Notes: a model not told the origin generated them from the sequence alone. A DNA stretch of 64,000 bases from Desulfobacterales bacterium (GCA_963668645.2 CAXXWC010000021.1:1248001-1312000), one strand, 5' to 3'. Counted from the first letter of the stretch, positions 46,867 through 57,654 are shown. Program-made: numbers and translations.

Positions 46867-48498
46867 ATGGATATGAAGCCCACAGCCCAAGGAGCGGCGG
46901 CGGCCGATGACCGGCCTTACAACGATATCCTGATCCGCTTTGAAGACGCCACCTTCCGGGTCGGAAGTCGCACCGTCCTGCACCACACCAACTGGGAAAT
47001 CCGCCGTGGTGAGAACTGGGCCGTCCTTGGGCCTAATGGCGCGGGCAAGTCGACCCTGCTGGCCGCCCTGGCGGGCAGAATACCGGTGGTGGCCGGATGC
47101 CTGGAGCGCCTGGCAAAAACGGTCCAGCCTGACGCTGTAGGCTACGTGGCTGTGAACCAGCAGTACACCCTGGCGGCACGTGAGGCGCTGGCCGCCGATG
47201 CGCGCGCCTGGGCCGGCCTCGACGCCGGGGGGATGACGGTGGCCGATTTGCTGGTTTCTCTTCCGCCGGCCGACCAGGCCCATCACATCGCGGACCTGCT
47301 CGGCATAGCCCGCCTGGCGAACAGGCAATTGGACCGGCTTTCCAGCGGCGAGTGGCGCCGGCTGCTCATCGTGCGCGCCTTGACGCCCAAGGTGCCGCGA
47401 CTCTTGCTGCTGGATGAACCCTTCGACGGGCTCGACCGCAGGGCCCGGCAGGACATGACCGGAGCCATAGAGACGCTGATTCGCACGGGGGTGCAAGTTG
47501 TCATGGCCAGTCATCGCCGTGACGAGCTGCCCCCGGGCATCTCTCATGGCCTGCACCTGGACGGGATCCGGGTGATCAGGGCCGGACAGCTGAGTCCCGA
47601 TGCATTGGCCAAAGCATTTCCGACTATTCAGCCAAAAATCTCGGCCCACCTCCCGGTGCCGATGGTTCCGGCCGGCAAAACCCCCCCTGTCCTGGTGGAG
47701 CTGCGCGCCGTGACCGTGCGCTACGGCCGTTCGATTATCCTGGACCGGCTCACCTGGTGCCACCGGCGCGATGAACACTGGGCCGTTTTGGGCCCCAACG
47801 GCGTGGGCAAAACGACGCTGCTGCGCCTGATCGCCGCCGACCACCCCCAGGTCTACGCCAACGATGTGCGCCTGATGGGAAGACGGCGAGGAACCGGCGA
47901 GACGATCCATCAGGCCCGCGCCCCCATCGCCATGATCGGCAACGAACTCCAAATTGCTTACCAGCGGCCCATAACGGCACTGGCGGTCGTTGTGTCCGGG
48001 TTCTTCGATTCCATCGGCCTGTTTCGCCGCCCGACTTTTGCCCAGGAGACCCTGGCCCGCCAGTGGCTTGCCGCCATGGGGCTCGAAGGGAAGGAACAAA
48101 CCGATTTTCGCCACCTTTCCTGCGGCCAGCAGCGCCTGGTGCTTATCGCCAGAGCCATGATCAAGGCACCGACGCTGTTGATCCTGGACGAACCGTGCGA
48201 AGGGCTTGACTGGGAAAACAGGCATCGAGTGCTCGCCCGAATCAATGCGCTGGCAAACCAGGGGCAAACCCATATCCTCTGTGTCACCCACCGGGTCGAG
48301 GATCTGCCGGCGTGTATCAGCCATGTGCTCCATCTGGCCCCGAACGGCAGCGCCCGCCAGGAGACACGCAAAACAGTTGCCGCGGCAAGCGGCGCATTGA
48401 CGAACTGTGCGGCGAATTCACTCCAAGCGGGACGCCAGGATGCATCCTTCAACCCTCCTGGAGTCCTGAGAAACGGGCAGCCGCCCCATGCAGGCTAA
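46867..48498 (+). CDS. dual-domain ABC ATPase (ModF-like)
   Basis: two Walker A motifs, LSSGE/LSCGQ, DHPQVYAND. Confidence 0.85.
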   Translation: MDMKPTAQGAAAADDRPYNDILIRFEDATFRVGSRTVLHHTNWEIRRGENWAVLGPNGAGKSTLLAALAGRIPVVAGCLERLAKTVQPDAVGYVAVNQQYTLAAREALAADARAWAGLDAGGMTVADLLVSLPPADQAHHIADLLGIARLANRQLDRLSSGEWRRLLIVRALTPKVPRLLLLDEPFDGLDRRARQDMTGAIETLIRTGVQVVMASHRRDELPPGISHGLHLDGIRVIRAGQLSPDALAKAFPTIQPKISAHLPVPMVPAGKTPPVLVELRAVTVRYGRSIILDRLTWCHRRDEHWAVLGPNGVGKTTLLRLIAADHPQVYANDVRLMGRRRGTGETIHQARAPIAMIGNELQIAYQRPITALAVVVSGFFDSIGLFRRPTFAQETLARQWLAAMGLEGKEQTDFRHLSCGQQRLVLIARAMIKAPTLLILDEPCEGLDWENRHRVLARINALANQGQTHILCVTHRVEDLPACISHVLHLAPNGSARQETRKTVAAASGALTNCAANSLQAGRQDASFNPPGVLRNGQPPHAG

Positions 48499-49963
48499 CC
48501 GGCAAACCGGAACCTTGGCAGAAAAGACCACGCTTTTGATGAACAGTCCAGAACCATACCGGCACTCTGCGGACGGGCGCACAGACGAACCGGCCCCAGC
48601 CGTTCGCCGCGCGGCCCTGACGATTGCCGCCCTGAGCGCCTTTCTGACCCCCTTTATGGGATCGGCGGTGCATATCGCCCTGCCGGCCATCGAAGCCGAT
48701 TTCAAGATCGGGGCGGTCATGCTCAGCTGGGTGGCCAACGCCTATCTGCTGGCTGCGGCCATTGCCCTGGTGCCGGCCGGAAGAGCGGCGGACATCTACG
48801 GCCGGCGCAGGATCTTCATCCTCGGCAACCTGACCTTCACCGCGGCATCCCTGCTCTGCGCGGCCGCTCCAGACCTGCACTGGCTGATTGCCGCCCGGGT
48901 GATCCAGGGGGTGGGCAGCGCCATGCTCTTTGCCACCGGGATCGCCATCGTCACCGCCGTCTATCCGGCCCACCGGCGCGGCACCGTCCTGGGGGTCAAC
49001 GTGGCCGCGGTTTATGTGGGGCTTTCCTGCGGCCCCTCCGTCGGCGGCCTGCTCACCGACTGGATCGGATGGCACAGCGTCTTCTGGTCCGTGGCGCCCC
49101 TGGGGGCCCTGGCCGTCTACCTGACCTTGCGCCGGCTCCACGGCGAATGGGCCGAAGCCCGCGGCGAGCCCTTCGACTGGCCCGGCAGCCTGGTCTATGG
49201 GGCCTCTTTGGCGGCCCTGATGCTCGGTTTGTCACGCCCGCCCGGAATCCTCGGCATGGCTCTGATCGGGGCCGGCCTGCTGGCCCTGGTCTTTTTTGCC
49301 GCCTGGGAGCTGCACTCGCCCTCGCCCGTTTTCGAGGTGCGGCTTTTTGCGCACAGCCGGATCTTCGCCTTTTCCTGCCTGGCCGCCCTGATCCATTATG
49401 CCGCCACCTTTGCGGTGACCTTCCTGCTGAGCATTCACTTGCAGCAGGTCAAGGGATTGAGCGCCGATGAGGCCGGACTGGTATTGATGTGCCAGCCGGT
49501 GATGATGGCCCTGTTTTCTCCGCTGACCGGGCGGCTCTCGGACCGCATCGAACCGCGCTATCTCAGCTCCTCGGGCATGGCTCTGACCGCCATGGGGTTG
49601 TTGATGCTCACCTGGTTGGGCACCGGGGGCGGGTTGGGCTTCATTGTCGCCTGCCTCATCCTCATGGGGTTGGGGTTCGCTCTTTTTTCTTCACCCAACA
49701 TGAATGCCATCATGGGATCGGTGGCGCGCAAACATTACGGAATTGCCGCAGGGGCCGTGGGCACCATGCGCCTGCTGGGCCAGATGTTCTCCATGGGTAT
49801 CGCCACCTTGATCATCGCCAGCCGCATGGGCCGCCTGTCCACTGCGGCGGCCCCGGCCCTTTTTGTCGAGAGCGCCCGCATCGCCTTTACGATCTTTTCC
49901 GGCCTTTGCGTGGTAGGGATCTTCCTTTCGCTGTCACGCGGCCGGCTCAGGCCGGACAGGTAA
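48488..49963 (+). CDS. MFS transporter (14-TM drug/H+ antiporter-like; start uncertain)
   Basis: GRAADIYGRR, ARVIQG, GRLSDR. Confidence 0.9.
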   Translation: MQANRQTGTLAEKTTLLMNSPEPYRHSADGRTDEPAPAVRRAALTIAALSAFLTPFMGSAVHIALPAIEADFKIGAVMLSWVANAYLLAAAIALVPAGRAADIYGRRRIFILGNLTFTAASLLCAAAPDLHWLIAARVIQGVGSAMLFATGIAIVTAVYPAHRRGTVLGVNVAAVYVGLSCGPSVGGLLTDWIGWHSVFWSVAPLGALAVYLTLRRLHGEWAEARGEPFDWPGSLVYGASLAALMLGLSRPPGILGMALIGAGLLALVFFAAWELHSPSPVFEVRLFAHSRIFAFSCLAALIHYAATFAVTFLLSIHLQQVKGLSADEAGLVLMCQPVMMALFSPLTGRLSDRIEPRYLSSSGMALTAMGLLMLTWLGTGGGLGFIVACLILMGLGFALFSSPNMNAIMGSVARKHYGIAAGAVGTMRLLGQMFSMGIATLIIASRMGRLSTAAAPALFVESARIAFTIFSGLCVVGIFLSLSRGRLRPDR

Positions 49964-50236
49964 AGCGGGAGGAGCGGACACACCGTCCGCTCCCGATACA
50001 GACCACCTCGTCGATCGAGACCCCAAAATCTCCCCAAAGGCTGCTCTGAAGCCGGAAAAACGGTTAAAACCGGCCCCCTGACCGGCAAGACAGGACTTTC
50101 GCCAGGTGCAGATTCTCGCACCGGCAGGCGCCGGGAATCCAGACACGGCGCAGGCCAATGATCACTTCCATTTTTTGACACCCTGCAAGGCGGCTGGTAA
50201 ACTTCGAAATCTGAACCCAGGGTAAAAGGAGAAGCG

Positions 50237-51652
50237 ATGAAACGGACGGTCAAATGGCTGTTGACGGCTCTGATCCTTTTGGCTGGCGCGGGTATCGCCG
50301 GGGCCGGGTGGTACATCTGGCGGGCCGTGCCCGTCGCCACCGGCTATACGGCCAAGTACGTCTGTTCGGCCGTATTCGTCTCCGGCCGCGACCCCCGGGA
50401 GGTGTTCGATCGGGACGTGGCGCCGGTCAATGTCCTTGCCAGGGCGATCGACGTGGCGGTGGACCGCGATGCCCGCACCGTAACGGCTCGTAGCCTGGGC
50501 CTTTTTCGTTCCACGGCGGTCTACCGGGAAGGGTGCGGCTGTACCCTGACAGCCGGCGGGGTCTCGGCGGCCGATCTGCTGGCCCGGCCCGTACCGCCTC
50601 CCCCCCCTTTCAGACTCCCGGCGGACCTGGCTTGGCCCAGAGGAAGCGCCGGCCCGGTCGACCCGCTGCCGGCAGGGATCGACGGCGGCAAACTGAACCT
50701 GGCTCTGGAACGGGCCTTTGCCGATCCATCGATCCAGACCCGCGCCGTGGTGGTGGCCTACGACGGAAACCTCATTGCGGAGCGCTACGCCCCCGGGTTC
50801 CACAAGGATATGCCCCTGGGAGGCTGGTCCATGACCAAGAGCGTCACCAATGCCCTGGTGGGAATCCTGGCGGGCCGCAAACGGTTCGATCTTCAGGCCC
50901 CGGCGCCGGTTCCCGCCTGGCGCTCCCCGGACGATCCACGCCGCGCCATCACCCTGGACCAGTTACTGCGCATGACCGGCGGGCTGGCCTTCGAGGAGCG
51001 CTACGCCCCCCTGGCCGATGCCACCGACATGCTTTACGGCAGCGCCGATTTCGGCGCCTACGCGGCCGCCAAGCCTTTGATCCATCCGCCCGGCGCCCAC
51101 TGGTCCTACTCCACCGGCACCACCAACATCGTCTGCGGCATCCTGAGGCGGACCGCCGGCGATGATCCCAGTGCCCATCTGACCTTTGCCAGACGCGAGC
51201 TTTTTGCCAAACTCGGAATGCGCTCGGCGCTGATCGAGCCGGACCCCTCGGGCACCATCGTGGGCTCCTCCTACATGCTGGCCACGGCACGGGATTGGGC
51301 ACGTTTCGGCCAGCTCTATCTTGACGACGGCGTCTGGAACGGAGAACGGATTCTGCCGCCTGGCTGGGTGGCTTACACCACCACCCCCACTGCTGCGGCC
51401 CCGGACGGACGCTACGGCGCCCATTTCTGGCTCAACAGCGGCCCACCGGGCCGCCCCCAAGCGCGGCGCTGGCCGGAGCTGCCGGCCGATCTCTTCCTGG
51501 CCCAGGGGTTTCAGTGCCAGCGGGTCATCATAATTCCTTCGCGGCGGCTGGTGGCAGTACGCCTCGGACTGACGGTCAAGAAGGCCGACTTCAGCCTTCC
51601 CGCCTTCCTGCTCCCGATCCTGGAAGCCCTGCCGCCGCCGGTGCGCTCATAG
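50237..51652 (+). CDS. serine hydrolase (beta-lactamase-like family)
   Basis: N-terminal anchor, WSMTKS (SxxK), YST, ARDWARFG. Confidence 0.88.
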   Translation: MKRTVKWLLTALILLAGAGIAGAGWYIWRAVPVATGYTAKYVCSAVFVSGRDPREVFDRDVAPVNVLARAIDVAVDRDARTVTARSLGLFRSTAVYREGCGCTLTAGGVSAADLLARPVPPPPPFRLPADLAWPRGSAGPVDPLPAGIDGGKLNLALERAFADPSIQTRAVVVAYDGNLIAERYAPGFHKDMPLGGWSMTKSVTNALVGILAGRKRFDLQAPAPVPAWRSPDDPRRAITLDQLLRMTGGLAFEERYAPLADATDMLYGSADFGAYAAAKPLIHPPGAHWSYSTGTTNIVCGILRRTAGDDPSAHLTFARRELFAKLGMRSALIEPDPSGTIVGSSYMLATARDWARFGQLYLDDGVWNGERILPPGWVAYTTTPTAAAPDGRYGAHFWLNSGPPGRPQARRWPELPADLFLAQGFQCQRVIIIPSRRLVAVRLGLTVKKADFSLPAFLLPILEALPPPVRS

Positions 51653-51804
51653 GTCATCTCCGGCGGCAGCACCGGGACTGGACATCGGCGGCACCGCACT
51701 TATGTTGAAACGGTAAGCGACCCGTATGAGGCGGGCACGCCAACATTCAGAACTGCCAGCGCCGCCGGCCGCAAGGGGCCGGCGCCGCAACGGAGGATAG
51801 AGCC

Positions 51805-51960
51805 ATGACGGACAACGATCGAATCCAAACGGCGACCCACACCGGACAAACCGTGATGCAAGACCCCTATGAGTGCTACGAAGACGACGAGAGTGCCTGT
51901 GCTGCGGTGGACGACGAAAGCAGTGCCGGGTGCGACTGTTGCTGCTGTTGCTGTTGCTGA
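51805..51960 (+). CDS. unannotated 51-aa acidic peptide with C-terminal poly-Cys
   Basis: SD GGAGG; MTDNDRIQTATHTGQTVMQDPYECYEDDESACAAVDDESSAGCDCCCCCCC; mixed TGT/TGC codons; terminator follows. Confidence 0.72.
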   Translation: MTDNDRIQTATHTGQTVMQDPYECYEDDESACAAVDDESSAGCDCCCCCCC

Positions 51961-51982
51961 AGCGCGGCAGAGCGACTATATT

Positions 51983-52017
51983 AAACGGCCGGGAGCGATC
52001 CCGGCCGTTTTGTTTTT
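51983..52017 (+). terminator. intrinsic terminator
   Basis: AAACGGCCGGGA-gcga-TCCCGGCCGTTT then TGTTTTT. Confidence 0.85.
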
Positions 52018-52043
52018 CACTGACATACCCCTGGTAGCGAACC

Positions 52044-53003
52044 ATGAATCCTTCTTCATCCGATCGTCAATGCCCCGGCCGTGGCGAACCGGTCAAAGCG
52101 ACCTGGAAGATCTGCCCGGCCTGCGAGCGGCCCCTGGCCGAGGCCCGATGCCCCCTGTGTACCGCGGAGGTCCAGCGCCACTGGAAGCGCTGCCCGGAAT
52201 GCGAGGCCCTGCTCCTTTGCCCGGTCTGCGGTCGGCGCCTGGCCCAGGGACAAAGCACCTGCCCGGCCTGCTCACCACCGGCACCGGCTACGGCCGGGCC
52301 CTATGTCGAGCCCGCCACCGGAATGCTTTTCGTGCCGGTTGCAGGCGGTGGCTTTGCCATGGGGGACGCCACCGGCGAAGGGTTGGAGAACGAAGCTCCG
52401 GTGCACCCGGTACGCCTAAGCACTTTTTCTATCGCCCGTTTTCCCGTCACCCAGGGACAATGGCGGCGGCTGATGCCGGAAAATCCGTCGCGCCACGAAG
52501 ACCCCGACCGGCCGGTGGAACAGGTAACTTTTACCAATGCCCAAGCCTTTATCAAGCGGCTCAACCAGACCGCCGCCGGACGGCGCTTCGATCTGCCCAC
52601 TGAGGCCCAGTGGGAGTACGCGGCCCGCAGCGGCGGGCGCCGTGAAACTTGGGCCGGGGGCGAAGATCCTGACCGTGTTGCCTGGACCGAAAACAACAGC
52701 CGGGGCGCCAGTCAGCCGGTAGGCCGCCTGGCATCCAACGGGCTCGGGATTTATGACATGAGCGGCAACGTCTGGGAGTGGTGCCGGGATGCCTTCAGAC
52801 CCGATGCCTACCGTCTGCACCTTGCCGAGGACCCGGTGGTCGAAGCCTCGGGCCACGACCGCATCGATCGGGTGATCCGAGGCGGAAGCTGGAATCTCGA
52901 TACCTGGAGTGCGCGCTGCACCCGTCGCTTCAGCTTCCCGGAGGATTTCGGAGGACCGGCCCTCGGTTTTCGTCTGGTGATGATTTCCACGGCCCTGGAA
53001 TAG
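52044..53003 (+). CDS. zinc-ribbon + FGE-sulfatase (SUMF1-like) domain protein
   Basis: five CPxC motifs; FAMG, LPTEAQWEYAAR, DMSGNVWEW, RGGSW, GFRL. Confidence 0.9.
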   Translation: MNPSSSDRQCPGRGEPVKATWKICPACERPLAEARCPLCTAEVQRHWKRCPECEALLLCPVCGRRLAQGQSTCPACSPPAPATAGPYVEPATGMLFVPVAGGGFAMGDATGEGLENEAPVHPVRLSTFSIARFPVTQGQWRRLMPENPSRHEDPDRPVEQVTFTNAQAFIKRLNQTAAGRRFDLPTEAQWEYAARSGGRRETWAGGEDPDRVAWTENNSRGASQPVGRLASNGLGIYDMSGNVWEWCRDAFRPDAYRLHLAEDPVVEASGHDRIDRVIRGGSWNLDTWSARCTRRFSFPEDFGGPALGFRLVMISTALE

Positions 53004-53098
53004 ACAGCGCCTTTAAAAAGCCTGCGCCGCCAGTTCCGGCACATCACGGGATTTTCGGCCGGCAATGATCTGTACGCGATAAGAGAAAAGGAGACCTG

Positions 53099-53926
53099 AT
53101 GACGCCGTTACTTCAAGTCGATACTCAAAAATGCCACCGCGATGGGGCCTGTCTGGCCGAATGCCCGGCCGGCATCATCCGCTTCAACCGCGAGACCGGA
53201 TTTCCCGAACCGGTTGCCGGCACCGAGGCCTTTTGCATCGGCTGCGGTCACTGCGTGACGGTCTGCCCCCATGGGGCGCTCAGCCATGTCCGCATCAGCC
53301 CCGAGGACTGTATCGCGCTGGATGAAACCCTGGCCCTCACGCCGGCACAGGCCGAACAATTCCTGCACGCCCGGCGCTCGGTGCGTGCCTTTCGCAAGGC
53401 TCCCGTAGAAAAGGAACTGATCGCCCGCCTGATCGATACAGCCCGCTTTGCCCCCTCGGGCCACAACCTGCAGCCCGTGCACTGGCTGGTGATCCACGAC
53501 AGCAACGCAGTTGCCGCCATGGCCGGCCAAGTGGTGGACTGGATGCGCCACATGATTGGCGAAAAACATCCCCTGAGCACCCTCCTGCACATGGACCGGA
53601 CCGTGGCGGCCCATGAGAAGGGGCGCGATCCGATTCTGCGCGGCGCCCCCCACCTGGTGGTGGCCCATGCCGTCAAGGCGGACCGCACAGCGCCGGCGGC
53701 CTGCACCATCGCCCTTGCCTACCTGGAGCTGGCCGCCTTTGCCCACGGCCTGGGAGGTTGCTGGGCCGGCTACTTCAACACCGCCGCCGGACTCTGGCCG
53801 CCGCTGCAGGCCGACCTGGCCCTGCCGGCCGATCACGCTCCCTTCGGTGCCATGATGATCGGCCGACCTCGGTTCGCCTATCACCAAATCCCGCCGCGCA
53901 AGCCGGCGGACGTGACCTGGATTTAA
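53099..53926 (+). CDS. nitroreductase with N-terminal ferredoxin domain
   Basis: CIGCGHCVTVCP, RRSVRAF, APSGHNLQP. Confidence 0.9.
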   Translation: MTPLLQVDTQKCHRDGACLAECPAGIIRFNRETGFPEPVAGTEAFCIGCGHCVTVCPHGALSHVRISPEDCIALDETLALTPAQAEQFLHARRSVRAFRKAPVEKELIARLIDTARFAPSGHNLQPVHWLVIHDSNAVAAMAGQVVDWMRHMIGEKHPLSTLLHMDRTVAAHEKGRDPILRGAPHLVVAHAVKADRTAPAACTIALAYLELAAFAHGLGGCWAGYFNTAAGLWPPLQADLALPADHAPFGAMMIGRPRFAYHQIPPRKPADVTWI

Positions 53927-54059
53927 AACCATCCGGCAGATTCCAGTACCGGCGGCCCTTTGGATTTTATCGGCCGTCAGAAAAAAAACATTTTGAACAT
54001 ATACTCATGGCTGCTATGGTAAGCCGCAAAATCCCCTAACCCGCTACAGGAGGTCGAAG

Positions 54060-54425
54060 ATGGAAAAGATTCTGATCGTCGGATGCAAGAAGGCCATGGA
54101 CGACGTGTGTATCGGCTGCTCGCGCTGCCTGGTAGGGCTCAACCGCCGCGAGGGGGAATTCGCCCGTTACAAAGACAAGGAGGCCCAGGTCATGGGGCTG
54201 CTCAACTGCGGTGACTGCCCCGGAGCGACCATCGTCACGCGCCTGGCCCAGGTCAGCCTCTGGAACAAGCCGATGAACGAAAAACCCACCGCGGTTCACA
54301 TCGGCCCGTGCATCACCGATCATTGCCCCCACAAAGAGATCATCATCGCCAAGATCAAGGCCAAGGCCGGAGTCCCGGTGATCGAGGGAACCCATCCCTA
54401 CAAACCGGACAACATCTTCGCCTGA
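54060..54425 (+). CDS. CGGC-domain protein
   Basis: IVGC, CSRC, NCGDCPG, EGTH; SD GGAGG. Confidence 0.82.
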   Translation: MEKILIVGCKKAMDDVCIGCSRCLVGLNRREGEFARYKDKEAQVMGLLNCGDCPGATIVTRLAQVSLWNKPMNEKPTAVHIGPCITDHCPHKEIIIAKIKAKAGVPVIEGTHPYKPDNIFA

Positions 54426-54653
54426 CACCCGAGGAGATACCCGATGCCGGCCTACACCTCCGAGCAGGCCCTCAACGGCTTGAGGGACCTTTCGACCATG
54501 CAAAAAAAAGCCGTCTCCGCATTACAGTGCCTTGCCTTGTAAACACAGTGTGCGATATCTACTGTGGCGCTTGGAGACAGACCGGCACGGTCCGGCCTCC
54601 CTTTGGAACACTCTGAACTTATGAAAAAAGCGCAAAAATTGCTTTAGGCTGCC

Positions 54654-56879
54654 ATGATCCCTCAAACCATCGTTTTTCATTCAGCCGGCTCATTGGCAGT
54701 GGCTGTTTTGGCCCTGATCATGGCCCTGATGCAACTGCTGCTGCTCCAACGGCAGCCCCGTCTGCGCTGGTGCGCTTGGGGGGCGGCCATATCGATCTCG
54801 GGAATGCTCTATGCCCTGGGTATTTTTTTAGAGTACAACCTTCCCGCCGGCGTATTCAACAGGCGGGCCGGTCTGCTGGAATTTACCGCCATCATCCTGA
54901 TGATCCACTGCGTTTATGGATTTTCTTGCGCCTATCTCGAACCGGCCCCAAAAAGTTGCCACATCCCGGCTGCCATCTTTCACGCCCTGGTGCTCCTGGT
55001 CTTGTGGAGCACGAACGCCATCGTGGCCGACCGGTTTATCCACCGGGATCTGATCGGATTGCCCATCCCCTTTACCGAAGCTGAAGTCGGACCGCTGGGT
55101 CCAACCTTCATGGTTTACGGTTTTTTGGCCAGTCTGTTCCTTATCCGTTTGTGGGTCCGGCAACCGCCGCCGGACGCCGCCCACCGTAAAGTCTTCATTA
55201 CCGGCATGGTTTTCTGGCTGCTGCTGGCAGGGCATGACGGGGCGGTGATTGCGGGTTTGTGCCATACGCCGTATCTCATGGAATACGGGTTCATGGCCTT
55301 TTGCGTCGCCGTTTTATGGGTCGTGTTCAACGGGTATGCCGAAATCGCGACGATAGACGAATACCGGACGATCACCGAATTGATCCACGACGGAATCTTG
55401 ATGATGCAGGACGGCCGGGCCGTCTTTGCCAACCCGGCCTGTGAGCGGCTGATGGGCAGAGCGGTAAAAAACCGGCCCATCAGCGATCTGTTAGATGCCT
55501 TGGGATCCGGCGACCGGGAGAACTTGCAGCGTTATTACGACGATATCCTCGCCGGCCAAGCCCCTCCGGCACCCCAGACCATCGAGACCATCGGCGACCA
55601 TCAACCGAAACGGGTGGTGGAAATCCAGGCCAAACGCGTCCTTTTCCGTCAAAGGCCGGCCATTTTAGCCGTGGTGCGCGACATCACCCAGCGAATCCGG
55701 GAAGAGGCCGCGCTCAAGGCCAATGAAGAAAAAATCACCCGTTTGAAAAAGATGGAGTCGCTGGGACTGCTGGCAGGCGGGGTGGCCCACGACCTGAACA
55801 ATGTGCTTTCCGGCATCGTCAGCTATCCGGAGTTGATGCTGCTTGATCTGCCCGAAGGGAGCCGCCTGAGAAAGCCCATCGAAACCATTCACGAATCCGG
55901 CCAGCGGGCTGTTGCCATCGTCCAGGATCTGCTTACCGTGGCCCGGGGGGTGGCCACTGCCAAGGAAGTCTTGAATCTCAACGAGGTGATTACGGCCTAC
56001 CTGAGTTCTCCGGAGTTCGACAAACTGATGCAGTTCCATCCATGGGTTGCCATCCGGCACCAACTGGACCCGAACCTGTTGAATATCAGGGGTTCGGTTT
56101 TTCATGTGCGCAAAACCGTAATGAACCTGGTATCCAATGCCGCCGAAGCGATTTGCAAGCAGGGTGAAGTGCGAATCTCGACGTTCAATTGCTATGTAGA
56201 TCGGCCTCTGAAAGGCTATGATGAAATCCAGCCGGGCGAATACGCTGTTTTGAGGGTCGAGGACAGCGGTCCGGGCATATCGGCCGAAGACTTGCAGCGC
56301 ATCTTCGAACCCTTCTTCACCAAGAAAGTCATGGGCCGCAGCGGTACCGGACTGGGTCTGGCCCTGGTATGGAACGTCATCCAGGATCAGCAAGGGCATA
56401 TCGATGTGACCAGCACAGACGCCGGCAGCCGTTTCGATCTCTATTTCCCCATCACCAGGGATGCACGCGAGTGTTCCAAGAATGAGATCCCCATAGAAAA
56501 TCTGCGAGGCAGCGGCCAGGCGATCCTGATCATCGACGATGTTGCAGCCCAGCGGGAAATCTCGGGGCGCATGCTGGAAACACTCGGCTACCGCACGCAG
56601 GCCGTATCCAGTGGAGAAGCGGCCGTGGCCTACATGCAAAATCACAAAGCGGATCTGCTTTTGTTGGACATGATCATGGACCCGGGCATCGACGGCCGGG
56701 AAACTTTCAGGCGCATCAAGGCGTTGTATCCAGAACAAAAGGCCGTCATTGTGAGCGGATTTGCCCAGACGGACCAGGTTACCGAGACTTTGGCCATGGG
56801 CGCCGGCCGGTTTTTAAAAAAGCCGTTGATCCTGGAAGAACTGGGGGCGGCGGTTAAAGCGGTTCTGGAAGCCGAATAG
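54654..56879 (+). CDS. hybrid histidine kinase (multi-TM sensor, PAS, HisKA, HATPase, REC)
   Basis: GGVAHDLNN, FEPFFTKK, GTGLGL, LLDMIM. Confidence 0.93.
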   Translation: MIPQTIVFHSAGSLAVAVLALIMALMQLLLLQRQPRLRWCAWGAAISISGMLYALGIFLEYNLPAGVFNRRAGLLEFTAIILMIHCVYGFSCAYLEPAPKSCHIPAAIFHALVLLVLWSTNAIVADRFIHRDLIGLPIPFTEAEVGPLGPTFMVYGFLASLFLIRLWVRQPPPDAAHRKVFITGMVFWLLLAGHDGAVIAGLCHTPYLMEYGFMAFCVAVLWVVFNGYAEIATIDEYRTITELIHDGILMMQDGRAVFANPACERLMGRAVKNRPISDLLDALGSGDRENLQRYYDDILAGQAPPAPQTIETIGDHQPKRVVEIQAKRVLFRQRPAILAVVRDITQRIREEAALKANEEKITRLKKMESLGLLAGGVAHDLNNVLSGIVSYPELMLLDLPEGSRLRKPIETIHESGQRAVAIVQDLLTVARGVATAKEVLNLNEVITAYLSSPEFDKLMQFHPWVAIRHQLDPNLLNIRGSVFHVRKTVMNLVSNAAEAICKQGEVRISTFNCYVDRPLKGYDEIQPGEYAVLRVEDSGPGISAEDLQRIFEPFFTKKVMGRSGTGLGLALVWNVIQDQQGHIDVTSTDAGSRFDLYFPITRDARECSKNEIPIENLRGSGQAILIIDDVAAQREISGRMLETLGYRTQAVSSGEAAVAYMQNHKADLLLLDMIMDPGIDGRETFRRIKALYPEQKAVIVSGFAQTDQVTETLAMGAGRFLKKPLILEELGAAVKAVLEAE

Positions 56880-56898
56880 CAATGTCCGCTGCAGACGG

Positions 56899-57654
56899 CT
56901 ATCGCCTGGAGACGATCGCCACCGGTTGTACCCACCCGTTGCGTAGACCGTCGTAAAACCAGCGGTCTGGAAAGCCGCGCCGCTGGATGAAGGTCGGGCT
57001 CTCAGCCCATGCGAGAAGCTCCTCGTAGGCGGTCCGCAGGCGGCGGAAACTGGCGCCATCCCCCCCCAAATCCGGATGGCAGCGGTGGGCCTGGCGCCTG
57101 AACGCGCGTTTGATGAGCCCCTCCAGATCCGGTCCATCGAGACTCTGCCGATCGATGGCAAGCTGAATAAGCAGATCCTGGCGCACAGCGGCCCGGCGAA
57201 GGGTCGGGGCGACGACATTGCCGCGGGCGGTATTCTTTTGCATAGCACCGGCCAGGACGAGACGGCTGGCAAGGTAGCGCTTGCGGGTGCGGCGCTGTTC
57301 GTCCCACCACAAGCGCCCCAGATGATCGGCCATGCACCCGAAATCCTCGGCCGGCACCTGCCCGGGGCGCCGGGGAAAGATGAAGCTGTACACCACAGGG
57401 TTGAGGCCTACCACAACATCCATCACCACCAGCCGGGCCGTGAAGTGGAAGGTGGCGTAACGGGCGTTGATGGCCTGAAGAAGGCCGGTGCGCTGCTCCA
57501 GGCGCCGGTGCAGCCGCTGGCGGCAAGCCGGCGAGCAGTACTTGCGCCGGCTCATGTTCTCGGTGGTACCGCAGGACAGACAGGCCCGCACCTTGGGAAT
57601 CGGCTGCTGGACCGGGTACTTCGGACTATCTTCACATGCGATCATGGAGGCCAT
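56899..57654 (-). CDS. protein with N-terminal Cys motif and C-terminal DnaJ domain (start uncertain)
   Basis: CLSC...YCSPAC; FRRQAHRCHPDLGG. Confidence 0.78.
   Translation of the reverse strand: MASMIACEDSPKYPVQQPIPKVRACLSCGTTENMSRRKYCSPACRQRLHRRLEQRTGLLQAINARYATFHFTARLVVMDVVVGLNPVVYSFIFPRRPGQVPAEDFGCMADHLGRLWWDEQRRTRKRYLASRLVLAGAMQKNTARGNVVAPTLRRAAVRQDLLIQLAIDRQSLDGPDLEGLIKRAFRRQAHRCHPDLGGDGASFRRLRTAYEELLAWAESPTFIQRRGFPDRWFYDGLRNGWVQPVAIVSRR

Noticed and set aside
51958..51984. Selenocysteine read-through of the poly-Cys peptide TGA
   Set aside because: Only seven codons follow before TAA, and the downstream hairpin has a U-tract like a terminator. No clear SECIS is visible, though none was computed.
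51869..52603. 244-aa ORF in the track
   Set aside because: Low-complexity Pro/Arg translation that crosses a terminator and overlaps two better-supported genes.
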